Below are positions 19,986-30,579 of a stretch of DNA of 64,000 nucleotides, piece by piece; the first letter of the stretch is position 1, and every line of letters begins with the position of its first letter. The translations under genes and the position numbers were made by a program. The notes beneath the pieces were generated by a model. It made no database searches. It was not told where the DNA came from and worked only from the letters and a program-made list of their open reading frames with translations. The stretch is from Oceanispirochaeta sp. (lineage in GTDB: Bacteria > Spirochaetota > Spirochaetia > DSM-2461): NCBI GenBank assembly GCA_963663385.2, contig CAXXXD010000004.1, positions 1,135,761 to 1,199,760 on the forward strand. Reading direction: 5' to 3'.

Positions 19986-21533
19986 ATGCAGGAGTATATC
20001 CTGACTTATGATATAGGAACGACAGGAAACAAGTGCACTGTTTTTAACCGGAACGGTAAAAGCCTGGCTTCTGTAACGATACCCTATGAAACAGAGTACC
20101 TCAGGCCCGGCTGGGCGCAGCAGAATCCGGAGCATTACTGGGAAAGTGTCCTTCAGGGGACAAAGCAGCTAAGCCGGGAATTCCCTGAAATGGTAGAAGC
20201 TGTATCGTGTATAGGTCTAAGCGGCCATATGAACGGTATGCTCCCAGTGCGCAGGGACGGTACTCCTGCTTTTCCGGAGGTTATCCACTCGGATAACAGA
20301 AGCGCTTCCTTCTGTTCCCGAATCAGGGAACGAATCGATGACAGGAGTTTTTATGAGATAACGGGAAACCGGATTGATGCTCACCTGTCTCTGCCAAAGA
20401 TGCTGTGGTTCAAAGAGATTCACCCGAATCTGTATAAGAAGACCGCCTGGTTTCTCCAGAGCAAGGATTTCATTGCCGGAAGATTGACTGGTAATTACGG
20501 TTCCACAGACTATTCGGATGCCTCCCTGACCTGCGTGCTGGACCTGAACAGGAAGGTATGGTCCGAGAGGATTATGGAAGAGACCGGCCTTAACAGGGAA
20601 AAACTTCCCTGTCTGCTTCATTCTCATGACCCTGTGGGGACATTGGACCCGGTGCTTGCCCGGGAACTGGGACTTAAGGGGGGAATCCCCGTATTTGCCG
20701 GGGGGGGGGATGCCTCCTGTTCGGCCAGGGGCGCCGGCATCGGGGACTATACCACCGCACAGAACTATATAGGCAGCAGTTCCTGGATTTCCGTACTATC
20801 CCCCGAGCCTATGGTGGATGAGAAGAGGCGGGTCCAGAATTTCTACGACCTGGACGGGGAGAATATTAATGTCTGCGGAACCGTACAGTGCGCCGGGATT
20901 GCTCTGGACTGGATGATGCAGGAAATAGCCGAACAGCGTGAAGGCGGGGGATTTAACTACAGAGAGGTCGAGGCTCTGGCTTCCTGTTCCCCACCCGGCG
21001 CATCGGGACTGTTTTTCATCCCTTATCTGATGGGGGAGAGAACCCCCCACTGGAAATCTTTCTTAAAAGGTGGTTTTGCGGGTCTCTCTCTCATTCATAA
21101 AAGAGAGGATCTTGTCCGGGCGGTGTTTGAAGGGATAGCCTATGCCCTTAAGGATGTTCTTAATGTGTTTATTGAGAATGGAACGGATGTGGAGGAACTG
21201 TCCCTGACCGGAGGCGGAGCCCTCTCTCCTTTCTGGAATCAGATGATGAGCAGTATTTACGGAAAACCTGTTAAAAAGCCTGACTCTCCCAAACAGGCCA
21301 CCAGCCTGGGCGCTGCTATGGCGGCGGGAGTGGGCGCCGGGTTGTATGATTCCTATGAAGAGGCTGCGGGTATTGTCAATTTCAGTAACCCGATTATTCC
21401 GGAGAAAGAAACCGTAGCGTTGTATGACCGGGCATGGGAGACATTTCACAGGCTTTATGCTCCCTACGAGGAGCTTTCCGGGATTTTAGCTGAATATCAG
21501 TTAGATGTTTACAAACACGGAGATCAGGAGTGA
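19986..21533 (+). CDS. FGGY family carbohydrate kinase (xylulokinase-like)
   Basis: DIGTT, SGHMNG, TDYSDAS, GGGD, PYLMGERTP, RAVFEGIA, GGGA. Confidence 0.9.
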   Translation: MQEYILTYDIGTTGNKCTVFNRNGKSLASVTIPYETEYLRPGWAQQNPEHYWESVLQGTKQLSREFPEMVEAVSCIGLSGHMNGMLPVRRDGTPAFPEVIHSDNRSASFCSRIRERIDDRSFYEITGNRIDAHLSLPKMLWFKEIHPNLYKKTAWFLQSKDFIAGRLTGNYGSTDYSDASLTCVLDLNRKVWSERIMEETGLNREKLPCLLHSHDPVGTLDPVLARELGLKGGIPVFAGGGDASCSARGAGIGDYTTAQNYIGSSSWISVLSPEPMVDEKRRVQNFYDLDGENINVCGTVQCAGIALDWMMQEIAEQREGGGFNYREVEALASCSPPGASGLFFIPYLMGERTPHWKSFLKGGFAGLSLIHKREDLVRAVFEGIAYALKDVLNVFIENGTDVEELSLTGGGALSPFWNQMMSSIYGKPVKKPDSPKQATSLGAAMAAGVGAGLYDSYEEAAGIVNFSNPIIPEKETVALYDRAWETFHRLYAPYEELSGILAEYQLDVYKHGDQE

Positions 21534-22399
21534 AAATGAGACATGTCGGAATTTATTACGCCTATTGGACCCATGAGTGGGATGTGGATTTCTTTCCCTT
21601 TGTTAAAAAGGTAAAGGGGCTTGGGTTTGATCAGCTGGAAATAAACGGGGGCGCCCTTGTTCTGATGGATGACAATCAGAAAGACCGTCTGAAAAATGAA
21701 GCCCTTGAACAGGATATAAGGCTGAGCTACGGCATTGGCCTGACCCCGGATCACGATGTTTCCTCTCTGGATGAATCAGTCAGAAAAAACGGAGTGGCCT
21801 TTATGAAGGATATGATCCGTTCCGTCGCTTATATGGGCGGCGGGATGATCGGGGGAACGGTCCATAGCTACTGGCCGGCGGTTAACCCGGAGGATCTGGA
21901 TGAAAAAAGGCGGATACAGGACAGGAGTCTGGCCAGTATGCGGGAAATGATTCCCCTGGCGGAAGATTCCGGTGTTATTCTGAATGTAGAGGTGATAAAC
22001 CGGTTTGAGCAGTTTTTGTTGAATACCTGCGCGGAAGCGGTAGAATATGTCCGGGAGATAGACAGTCCCAACTGTAAAATCCTTCTGGATACATTTCATA
22101 TGAATATCGAAGAGGATTCCATAGGCGGCGCCATAAGGCAGGCAGGGGCCAATCTTGCCGCCCTTCATCTGGGGGAGACAAACAGAAAACCCCCGGGATG
22201 CGGAAGGATGCCCTGGGGAGAGATTAAAACGGCCCTGGATGACATCCGTTTTGACGGTCCTCTGGTTATGGAACCTTTTATTCAGCCGGGGGGAACGGTC
22301 GGCAAAAATATCGGGATATGGAGAGAGATCATGCCCGGAGCCGATCTGGATAAAGAAGCAGCCAGGTCTGCCGAATTTGTAAAAAACACTTTGTGCTGA
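21530..22399 (+). CDS. D-psicose / D-tagatose 3-epimerase family protein
   Basis: GIYYAYW..EW N-terminus; metal/catalytic motifs EVINRFE, LDTFHMNIEE, HLGETNR, VMEPF. Confidence 0.88.
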   Translation: MKMRHVGIYYAYWTHEWDVDFFPFVKKVKGLGFDQLEINGGALVLMDDNQKDRLKNEALEQDIRLSYGIGLTPDHDVSSLDESVRKNGVAFMKDMIRSVAYMGGGMIGGTVHSYWPAVNPEDLDEKRRIQDRSLASMREMIPLAEDSGVILNVEVINRFEQFLLNTCAEAVEYVREIDSPNCKILLDTFHMNIEEDSIGGAIRQAGANLAALHLGETNRKPPGCGRMPWGEIKTALDDIRFDGPLVMEPFIQPGGTVGKNIGIWREIMPGADLDKEAARSAEFVKNTLC

Positions 22400-22516
22400 A
22401 GCATGATAAAAAAGGGGAATACGCAAGTATTCTGTCCCTTTTTCAGTCATAAAGCGACAGAGACTTTTCTATGAAAAGTGCTCGAAAGCATATAGAAACA
22501 TATAGAGGAGAATTTT

Positions 22517-23455
22517 ATGATTATAAGCCTTGGTGAGGCTCTGATTGATTTTATCAGTCAGGAAAAATTGAATTTCAGCGGTTTTCCAGGGGGATCCCCT
22601 TTCAATACTTCTATTGCCGTTGCCCGTCAGGGGATACCCTGCCAGTTTCTGGGAAGAATGAGCCGGGATCTTTTTGGAAGACAACTGACACAGTATCTGA
22701 AAGACAATAAAGTAGGGACTGATCTGATTATTGAAACGGATGATGCGACAACCCTCTCTTTTGTGCAGAAACAGGCTGACGGATCAGCTCAGTACGCCTT
22801 TTTTGCCAACGGTACAGCCGACCGGTTCTGGACGGAAGAGGATCTGAAGTCCATCGTTCTGCCGAAGGAGGCAAAGATACTGCACTTCGGTTCCATCTCC
22901 TTTTCCCAGGAGCCCTGCGGTACAGTTCTTTCCCGGTTCCTCCAGGAAAAAGCTTCTCATCTCCTGCTCTCCTTCGATCCCAATATCCGGCCGTCCCTTG
23001 TGCCGGACAGGGCTATCTATATGGAGCGGTTTCATAAAATCTGCAAAATCTGCTCCGTCATCAAACTGAGCGATGAGGATCTGGAGTGGCTTTTCCCCGA
23101 TAAAACGATAGAACAGGCACTGTCCCTTCTGATGGATGAGGGAATTGCTCTTATCGCCCTGACTGAAGGGAAAGCGGGGGCTCGTCTTATTACAAAGAAG
23201 CAGAGTATCGTTTCTCCCTTATACGACCTGCCAGTAGCTGATACGGTCGGAGCAGGAGATACCTTTCATGGCGCCATTCTCACCTTTCTGCACCGGAAAC
23301 AGATTTTCACACGTCAGGAGGTGGAAAATCTCAGTGAGTCCGATCTGAGGGAGCTGGGGGATTTCGCCAATAAGGCGGCCGGTATTAACTGCCACCGCTC
23401 AGGAGCGAATCCGCCGACAGACAGGGAGATGAACAGCGGGGAATTTGCCCTATAG
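22517..23455 (+). CDS. PfkB family carbohydrate kinase (fructokinase-like)
   Basis: GEALIDF, PGGSPFN, FDPNIRP, DTVGAGDTF. Confidence 0.92.
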   Translation: MIISLGEALIDFISQEKLNFSGFPGGSPFNTSIAVARQGIPCQFLGRMSRDLFGRQLTQYLKDNKVGTDLIIETDDATTLSFVQKQADGSAQYAFFANGTADRFWTEEDLKSIVLPKEAKILHFGSISFSQEPCGTVLSRFLQEKASHLLLSFDPNIRPSLVPDRAIYMERFHKICKICSVIKLSDEDLEWLFPDKTIEQALSLLMDEGIALIALTEGKAGARLITKKQSIVSPLYDLPVADTVGAGDTFHGAILTFLHRKQIFTRQEVENLSESDLRELGDFANKAAGINCHRSGANPPTDREMNSGEFAL

Positions 23456-24196
23456 GATCAGTTCTGTAAGGTCTCTGATCATCCGGGAAGGGGCGCATTT
23501 TTTTTCATCCCCTTTCCGGTATTTTCCCGATTGTATCAGTATCCCCTTTAATCCCGCTTCTTCCGCTCCCCTGATATCAGTAGACCAGTCATCGCCGATG
23601 ACGCGGATTTCTCCGTCAGTTTCGTTTCCGGAATTCAGGAGGGAGCAGGCGATTTTGAAGTAACCGCGGGAAGGTTTGCCCATTACAGGGATATCCGTTT
23701 CAGAAGCCCTTTCCAGCAGAGAAGCAAAGGAGCCGGTATCCAGGAAGCGCTTTCCTTCTTTCAGATAGAACAGAGAGCCCGATGCGCTTACCGCAGGGAC
23801 CCCGTCCAGCAGGAACGTCAGGGCTTTCTGCAGGGAGTCATAGGCCATATTATCCCTTTCAAAATCGGCCAGAACCATAAACTCCGGATTCCGGTCGGTC
23901 CACTCGGCCCGGATCTGTTCCTTCTCGAGGACGGAACCGATTGTAAAGACCTTTGTGATGTTTTCTTTTTTCAGATACCCATTAATCGCGGAAAGGGGAT
24001 TGATAATCCTGTGGGGGGGGATGTCCATCCCTGCTGATGCAAGGCGTTCGCTCTGAAGACGGGGAGGTTTTACCGAATTGGTCATGATCAGAAAGTCCCC
24101 GTTATTTTTCTGCAGGTCCCCGATAAAAAGGGGGGATGAGTTTATCGCATGGGAGCCGGCCAGCAGGGTGCCGTCCAGGTCTATAAGGTATTTCAT
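23450..24196 (-). CDS. HAD-IIA family hydrolase (NagD-like)
   Basis: DLDGTL, MTN, MGKPS, IGDDWSTDI.GA...G, SGKY. Confidence 0.88.
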   Translation of the reverse strand: MKYLIDLDGTLLAGSHAINSSPLFIGDLQKNNGDFLIMTNSVKPPRLQSERLASAGMDIPPHRIINPLSAINGYLKKENITKVFTIGSVLEKEQIRAEWTDRNPEFMVLADFERDNMAYDSLQKALTFLLDGVPAVSASGSLFYLKEGKRFLDTGSFASLLERASETDIPVMGKPSRGYFKIACSLLNSGNETDGEIRVIGDDWSTDIRGAEEAGLKGILIQSGKYRKGDEKKCAPSRMIRDLTELIL

Positions 24197-24272
24197 GGTC
24201 TTATCATAAAGGAAAACAGGGGTTTTGAAAAATAGAATTCCAATTTGGGGCATATAGGGTTACTCTTAGGTC

Positions 24273-25907
24273 ATGAGTGATACCGATGTAGCAATCCTGC
24301 AGATAAAGAACAGGCTTAACCAGGAATTTGACCAGGCCATTGAAGAGTGTCTTCTGGAAAAACTGCCTGTTAAACAGGCACTCGGCAAGGTCCTTCCCGT
24401 GCTCTGCCGGAATATAGGCGCCCAGGATGTTCTTATCAGAACAATCGATGAAAATATGAAGCAGATCTCCTTAAAATCCGGAAACTTCAAACCCGAATGG
24501 TCTGCCATGGTCCCCAGGGAATTCCCTGAAAAGGAATTTGAACCTCAGGTATCCGATCTGGTGGAAGCCCGTCTTATTGTGGGTTCCCTGGATGTGGTGG
24601 ATCAGGTAATCGGTGTATGCGGTTTTATTTTCAGAGAAAAAATGTCTCCGGAGGAACTGGCAATAAAGGCCCATCTGGTTGATACGGCGGCGGAGATGCT
24701 GGATAACTACCTGGAGGGAATCGCCTCCAATGCCCGTAAACAGAGTATCACCATGTATTCCACGGAGGCCCTGCGGAACCGTATATTTGAAGCCGGGGCC
24801 GACAGGGCGGTAGCCCACCTCTGCGACGAATTGAAAATTGATCAGTTTATTCTCCTTTACGGGGATATGGACAGCGCTGCCGGGGAAGATCTCCGTTACC
24901 GGTTTTATGTGCATGGCGTAATGGAGCATAACTCCATTGATTCTCCCCAGCCCCGTTTCCTGGCTGCGCTGGATAACAAGGAGAAGGCTCTTGATGAAAA
25001 GGACCGTTCCTTTTCGGAGCTGCTCGGATCGGAGGGGGTAATCGAAAAGGCTCTGCACAACGGTTTGAATCACAGCCTGATCGGCAAGCTCATACTGAAA
25101 CCCCAGGGGGGAGGGCTCAATCCTGAAAGCATGGATATTATCCGGATTTTCGCGGAGTGCCTCTGCCAGCGGCTTTTTGACTATAACCGGGAAAGACGCT
25201 ACCTGGCCAGGTGCTTCTGCGCCGGGGATGTGCAGCGCCTTTTAAGTGAACCGGATTTTTACAATAAGTACCTCAGCCCCCGGGAGGAGGATATTGTTAT
25301 ACTCTATACGGATATTACCTCTTTTACGTCCATCTGTGAAAAAGTGCTTGGGAGCGCTTCTGAAATCGGAGATCTGGTTAACAGCTGGTCCCGGATGATC
25401 CTGGATATTCTCTACCGGCATGACGGGGTGTTCGACAAGATGGTGGGGGACTGCGTTATCGGGCTGTTCGGTCCTCCCTTTTTCGAATCGGATATGGAAA
25501 AACGGGTCAGGGATGCCCTGTCGGCATCGGAAGAGATTGTACGGGAGACCATTGCCCTGGGAAAGAGACTCGGACTGGAGGACAGGATCCGCGAGGCCGG
25601 CGCGGCGGATCACCTGACCACATCCAACGGGATTCACAGCGGGCCCACGTCTGTCGGATTCTTCGGCCCCAACGAAGACTATACGGGTTTCTCCTCAGCC
25701 ATGAACCATGCCGCCCGGCTTCAGGGGCATGCCGCGGCGGGGGATGTGCTTATTACCGAGAGCGCCCTGGCCCATCTGGAAGGGGGGCCTCTGGGGTTCG
25801 CTCTGCCGGGAGGCGGTTCGGTTGATTTTGAAGGCCCCCGGATGATTGTGGTTAAAAATGTGAGCGAGCCTCTTGACTACTACCGCTGCGTGTTTAACAG
25901 AGAGTAG
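24273..25907 (+). CDS. Class III adenylate/guanylate cyclase with an uncharacterised soluble N-terminal region
   Basis: YTDITSFT, FDKMVGDCV, GIHSG, MNHAARLQ, VKN. Confidence 0.88.
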   Translation: MSDTDVAILQIKNRLNQEFDQAIEECLLEKLPVKQALGKVLPVLCRNIGAQDVLIRTIDENMKQISLKSGNFKPEWSAMVPREFPEKEFEPQVSDLVEARLIVGSLDVVDQVIGVCGFIFREKMSPEELAIKAHLVDTAAEMLDNYLEGIASNARKQSITMYSTEALRNRIFEAGADRAVAHLCDELKIDQFILLYGDMDSAAGEDLRYRFYVHGVMEHNSIDSPQPRFLAALDNKEKALDEKDRSFSELLGSEGVIEKALHNGLNHSLIGKLILKPQGGGLNPESMDIIRIFAECLCQRLFDYNRERRYLARCFCAGDVQRLLSEPDFYNKYLSPREEDIVILYTDITSFTSICEKVLGSASEIGDLVNSWSRMILDILYRHDGVFDKMVGDCVIGLFGPPFFESDMEKRVRDALSASEEIVRETIALGKRLGLEDRIREAGAADHLTTSNGIHSGPTSVGFFGPNEDYTGFSSAMNHAARLQGHAAAGDVLITESALAHLEGGPLGFALPGGGSVDFEGPRMIVVKNVSEPLDYYRCVFNRE

Positions 25908-26979
25908 ATTCCCTTTCGATCAGCTGCCCGTCTATCAGGTAGCGCTTGGGAGAGGATGAGGGATTCTTAAAGCGCAGGTTCATCAGATCCACAGCCATAT
26001 GACCGATCTCCTCCCAGTCAACTTCAACAGAAGAGAGTGACACCTTCAGATGCCTGGCGTAGCGTGTGTTTCCGAAACCGGCAATCTGCATGTCTTCGGG
26101 AATCCTGATCTCCCTGTCCAGCATATCCGTCATCATGTCGGCGGCCAGTGAATCGGATGTACAGAAAAGGGCATCCACTCCCTCCGAACGGATTGCCTCT
26201 ATCTCCTTTATGTAAGATCGGCTGTCTCTGTCCAGGATCAGGGTGCTGCAGGGTTTATCTTCTTCGTTAGCCGCTTCCTTGAACCCTTTTATCAGCAGGG
26301 TATTGAGTACAGGGCTCTCCCTGTCCCAGCAGACGGCCGGATGAAGGGCTCCGCTTTTTAAAAATATTTTTCCGATTCTGTAGCCGATTGAATAACTGTC
26401 AATTCCGACAAAATCATGTTCTATTTCAAGAGGGAAATTTGACAAATTCCGGTAGAGAATCTGAACCGGTATGCCCGCATCCTGAAAAAGACTTATCATT
26501 TCGTAATACTTTTCTCTGGGGATATCCGAGGCGGGGTAAAGGAAAATCCCTGCTACTTTCTGACGGATATACTTATGGCAGAAATCAAATGACTGCTGTA
26601 TCCGTTCTTCTATGGAGCCAATCAGGGCTCCCGACCAGATAAGGGTGTAATCCTGGGATTCGCAGGAGCGGGCAATCTGGGAATAAAGGGGTTCCAGCAT
26701 CTCGTTACGGCCGATATCCGGCACGAGAAGGGCCATGAAGCGCTCTTCCTCATCTTCGGGAACATTCTTAACAAAAGTCCCCACGCCGACTTTCCGTTCA
26801 ATAAGACCCTCATCCTGCAGTTCATTCAGGGCCTTGGCAACGGTCGGGCGGGATATGCCGTACTCCTCCACAAGCATGAATTCCGTAGGCAGCTGCTCCC
26901 CTTTCTTATAGATACCGGTCTGTATCTTTTTAAAGAGATCATTGTAAATTATTCGGTTCTTCGATTCTCTGCTGCTCAT
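25894..26979 (-). CDS. GntR-HTH plus LacI-type sensor regulator (AraR-like architecture)
   Basis: LPTE..L...YGISRPTV.KAL..L...GLIERKVGVGTFV; C-terminal IPED..IAGF, LIEREST. Confidence 0.88.
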   Translation of the reverse strand: MSSRESKNRIIYNDLFKKIQTGIYKKGEQLPTEFMLVEEYGISRPTVAKALNELQDEGLIERKVGVGTFVKNVPEDEEERFMALLVPDIGRNEMLEPLYSQIARSCESQDYTLIWSGALIGSIEERIQQSFDFCHKYIRQKVAGIFLYPASDIPREKYYEMISLFQDAGIPVQILYRNLSNFPLEIEHDFVGIDSYSIGYRIGKIFLKSGALHPAVCWDRESPVLNTLLIKGFKEAANEEDKPCSTLILDRDSRSYIKEIEAIRSEGVDALFCTSDSLAADMMTDMLDREIRIPEDMQIAGFGNTRYARHLKVSLSSVEVDWEEIGHMAVDLMNLRFKNPSSSPKRYLIDGQLIERESTLC

Positions 26980-27050
26980 AGATCAATTTGTACCTGGAAG
27001 CTTATCAATTAATTTGACAAATGAATAGACTCCTAATATCATCACGTTAA

Positions 27051-28565
27051 ATGGATCCAATTCTTTCTCTATCAAACATCTCCCGTTCCTTTGCATCTGT
27101 ACCGGTTTTAAAGGGTATCTCACTCCAGTTCCATCCCGGGGAAATTCACTCCATTGTGGGAGAAAACGGGGCAGGTAAGACAACGCTGGTACACATTATA
27201 AGCGGACTTCTGAAACCTGACAATGGAGAAATTCTTGTATCCGGCCGGTACTGGTCCTCCCTATCCTATCAGACTGCTTTGAAAATGGGCATACTTATTG
27301 TCCGGCAGGATTTGATCATGCCCGAAGAGGCAACACTGTCCGAGTATATCTATATGGGGCGGGAACCGGGACGGTTCGGCCTGGTGGATTATCCGCAGAT
27401 GGAGAACGCCACCAGTGAAATCCTCTCCCGTCTGCAGCTGGACCTCTCCCCCCATTCCAGGGTGGGGCAGCTGAATCTGGCGGAGAAGCGGCTTGTTGCT
27501 GTTGCCCGGGCGGTCTCGCTGTCTCCGAAGGTTCTGATACTGGATGAAGCTACCAATTTTTTCTCTTCCGCGGAGGATGAAAAATTCACCAGGCTGATCA
27601 GGATCCTCCGGGACGAGGGAATGTGCGTTGTCCATATAAGCCATAAACTGGACGAGGTAATGCGCATATCAGACCGTATTACCATCCTGCGGGACGGAGA
27701 GCATGTTAAAACCCTTCCTACAGGTGAATTGACCCGTGATGAAGTGATAACCTACATGGTCGGGAGGGAGCGTAACCATACCTATTACTGGATTCCCCAC
27801 TACCCCTCGGGAGATAATATCCTTCATGTTGAGAATCTTACATTCGGAAAACGTATCCGGGATATCAGTTTCAACCTGAGAGAGGGGGAGGTCCTGGGCC
27901 TGGCCGGGCTGGTCGGTTCCGGGAGGACCACAATCGGGCGTATCCTGTTCGGTCTGGACCATCCGGATCAGGGACGTATCCGGATAAGGGGAGAAGAACG
28001 GGTTATTGCAAAACCGGCGGATGCCATGGATGCGGGGATTGCCTATATTTCCGATGACAGGCATAAATTCGGAATTCTGGAGCAGCAGTCGCTGGGGTTT
28101 AACCTGACCATCAATATTCTGAAAAGGATGAGCCGTTTTTTTTATGTGGTAAAGAAGAAGGAACGCTCCGCCATATCCGATGCCATGGAAAAGTACGTTC
28201 TCAGGCGCTATCGGCCGGATCAGGTCCTGAAAACCCTGAGCGGCGGCACACAGCAGAAAGTTTCCTTTGCCCGGTGTACCTCCGAAATGCCGGATATCCT
28301 GATTGTGGATGAACCTACCAGGGAAATTGATCTGGAAGGTCAGAAGGAGATCTACAGGATTATCAATAACCTGGCCGCCCAGAAGGTAGGGGTCATCCTT
28401 ATCTCTTCGGTGCTGGGGGATCTGATGAACAACTGCGACCGCATCCTGGTTCTCAAATCCGGAAAGATTGTCAGGGAGATGAGAAAAGCCGAGTTTAATG
28501 AGGAGATGATTATGCACTATGCTATCGATTCCCGGCTGTATACGGCAGAGGGGGATTTTTCGTGA
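27051..28565 (+). CDS. Monosaccharide ABC transporter ATP-binding protein (RbsA-like)
   Basis: GENGAGKTT; two ABC domains; LSGGTQQK, VDEPT. Confidence 0.9.
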   Translation: MDPILSLSNISRSFASVPVLKGISLQFHPGEIHSIVGENGAGKTTLVHIISGLLKPDNGEILVSGRYWSSLSYQTALKMGILIVRQDLIMPEEATLSEYIYMGREPGRFGLVDYPQMENATSEILSRLQLDLSPHSRVGQLNLAEKRLVAVARAVSLSPKVLILDEATNFFSSAEDEKFTRLIRILRDEGMCVVHISHKLDEVMRISDRITILRDGEHVKTLPTGELTRDEVITYMVGRERNHTYYWIPHYPSGDNILHVENLTFGKRIRDISFNLREGEVLGLAGLVGSGRTTIGRILFGLDHPDQGRIRIRGEERVIAKPADAMDAGIAYISDDRHKFGILEQQSLGFNLTINILKRMSRFFYVVKKKERSAISDAMEKYVLRRYRPDQVLKTLSGGTQQKVSFARCTSEMPDILIVDEPTREIDLEGQKEIYRIINNLAAQKVGVILISSVLGDLMNNCDRILVLKSGKIVREMRKAEFNEEMIMHYAIDSRLYTAEGDFS

Positions 28566-29494
28566 ACAGACACCTTCCCCTCTGTCTTCTTATGCTCCTG
28601 CTGCCCGCTCTGATAGGGGCGGCCGGAAGAAAGGAGTTTGAGGGCCGGACATTTGCGGCTACCTATATGACCCTGAATAACTCGTTCTTTGTGGCTCTGG
28701 ATGAGAGCATCCGTCAGGCCTGCGAAGAGAACGGGGACCGTCTTCTTTCCTATAATCCGGAATTTGATCAGGTTCGTCAGATGGATCAGGTGCAGGATAT
28801 GATTGCCCAGGAAGTGGACGGTATATTTCTGAATCCTGTGGACTGGAAGGGGATCCGTCCGGTCCTTGAAGAGGCTGATCAGGCGGGTATTCCTGTTTTT
28901 GTGGTGGATGCTCCCGTTTATGACAGGGCCCTGGTGGTATCGACCATTGCTTCCGACAACAGGATGGCCGGCCGTCTGATTGCCCTGGATCTTCTGGCCC
29001 GCAGAAAATCGGCAGACATTGTTCTGTTGGACCATCCCACCAACAAGCCTTCCATCGACCGGCTGGAGGGGTTTCTGGAAACCCTGGAAAATCATCCGGA
29101 ATTCAAGGTGGTGGCCGTCCACAGCGCTTTCGGGACACTGGAGGGGGCATTTCCCGCAATGGAAAATCTTCTGCAGTCTCATCCTGAACTGACTGTTGTC
29201 TTCGGGACGAACGATCCCACTTCCATCGGAGCCATTGCGGCGCTGGAGGCGGCCCAGAGGCTGGGTGATGTTCTGGTATACGGGATTGACGGATCCCCTG
29301 AAGGACAGGCTATGGTCCGGGAGTACAAGATGATGGCTACAGCCGCCCAGTCTCCCAGGAGCATGGGGTATACGGCTGTCGAAACGGCCCTCGCCTGGCT
29401 GAGGGGAGAAGAGGTCGAAAAGGATATTTCCATTCCGGTTACCCTGATAAACAGCGGGAATATCCACCTTTACCCCGAGGGGGAATGGCAGTGA
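28562..29494 (+). CDS. Monosaccharide ABC transporter substrate-binding protein (RbsB-like)
   Basis: TLNNSFF, IASDN..AG, NDPT, GIDGS, TAAQ.P. Confidence 0.9.
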   Translation: MNRHLPLCLLMLLLPALIGAAGRKEFEGRTFAATYMTLNNSFFVALDESIRQACEENGDRLLSYNPEFDQVRQMDQVQDMIAQEVDGIFLNPVDWKGIRPVLEEADQAGIPVFVVDAPVYDRALVVSTIASDNRMAGRLIALDLLARRKSADIVLLDHPTNKPSIDRLEGFLETLENHPEFKVVAVHSAFGTLEGAFPAMENLLQSHPELTVVFGTNDPTSIGAIAALEAAQRLGDVLVYGIDGSPEGQAMVREYKMMATAAQSPRSMGYTAVETALAWLRGEEVEKDISIPVTLINSGNIHLYPEGEWQ

Positions 29495-29522
29495 TTTCAT
29501 TGAAAATGCGGGAGGTTTCTCT

Positions 29523-30518
29523 TTGAAAATACTATGGCTGAATATGGCCGGCGATCCCCGGTCGATTAAGAGTCTGGGGAAGGATTTCGTTGAGGGGGCA
29601 AGGCGCTATGCGGCTACACTGGCCGGCCTTTTTTCTCTCTGTGTTGTAATGACCATTATGAGCCCGATTTTTCTGACATCCGGCAATCTGATGAATATTC
29701 TCCGTCAGGTTTCCACAAACGGCATGCTGGCCATGGCTATGACCTTTGTTATATTGACCGGAGGGATCGATCTTTCCGTCGGTTCCGTTATGGCTGTAAC
29801 AGGCACTTTTGCCGCCGGTCTGATATCCCAGTCGGGCTTTCCGGTCTGGGCTGCGGTTCTTCTGGCCCTTTTTCTGGGTTTTCTGTTTGGTTCCTTTAAC
29901 GGATTTATCATAGCCAATACGGGTATTCCTCCCTTTATTGTAACCCTGGCAACCATGAATATTGCCAGGGGACTCGGCTATATCTATACGGGAGGTCTGC
30001 CGGTCCGGGCTGTTGAAGCAGCCTACAATAGAATTGGACTGGGGTATATGGGACCCGTCCCCAATCCGGTCTTCTACCTCTTTGTTTTCTACTTTATTTT
30101 CAATTTTCTTCTGAAGAGAACCACCTTCGGCCGCCATGTGTATGCCATCGGAGACAGTACGGACGCCGCCTTTTTTGCGGGAATCAAGGTGAACCGCATA
30201 CGTTTTATGGTTTACGCCCTTTCCGGTCTGATTACGGCTTTTGCGGGGGTTGTCCTTTCGGCGCGCATGTACTCAGGACAGCCCACAGCCGGACAGGGGT
30301 TCGAACTGGATGCCATTGCCGCCTGTGTTCTGGGCGGTGTGAGTATGTCCGGCGGATCAGGACAGCTGGCCGGGACCCTCCTGGGGGCTATGATCATAGG
30401 TGTGTTAAACAACGGCCTGAACCTGCTGCATATCAATTCTTTCTGGCAGCTTGTCGTCAAAGGGCTGGTTATTCTGGTTGCCGTATATCTGGATGATCTG
30501 AAAAAGAAACGGGTTTAA
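29523..30518 (+). CDS. Monosaccharide ABC transporter permease (RbsC-like)
   Basis: [29 protein letters not shown]; start uncertain (ATG 29544 possible). Confidence 0.9.
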   Translation: MKILWLNMAGDPRSIKSLGKDFVEGARRYAATLAGLFSLCVVMTIMSPIFLTSGNLMNILRQVSTNGMLAMAMTFVILTGGIDLSVGSVMAVTGTFAAGLISQSGFPVWAAVLLALFLGFLFGSFNGFIIANTGIPPFIVTLATMNIARGLGYIYTGGLPVRAVEAAYNRIGLGYMGPVPNPVFYLFVFYFIFNFLLKRTTFGRHVYAIGDSTDAAFFAGIKVNRIRFMVYALSGLITAFAGVVLSARMYSGQPTAGQGFELDAIAACVLGGVSMSGGSGQLAGTLLGAMIIGVLNNGLNLLHINSFWQLVVKGLVILVAVYLDDLKKKRV

Positions 30519-30521
30519 AGA

Positions 30522-30574
30522 GCGGGGCCCTCTCCCCCCCCGGCTTCGCTCGGGGGCCAAGGGAGAAGGTCCGC
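30522..30574. terminator. GC-rich branched palindrome between convergent ABC operons
   Basis: GCGG..CC.TCTCCC...CCCCG-GCTTCGC-TCGGGG...GGGAGAAGG.CCGC. Confidence 0.5.
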
Positions 30575-30579
30575 CTGTG

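Noticed and set aside
5128..30574. A single REP family formed by the GC-rich palindromes at 5128, 13259 and 30522
   Set aside because: They share only C-run/G-run character, not alignable sequence; treated as separate hairpins
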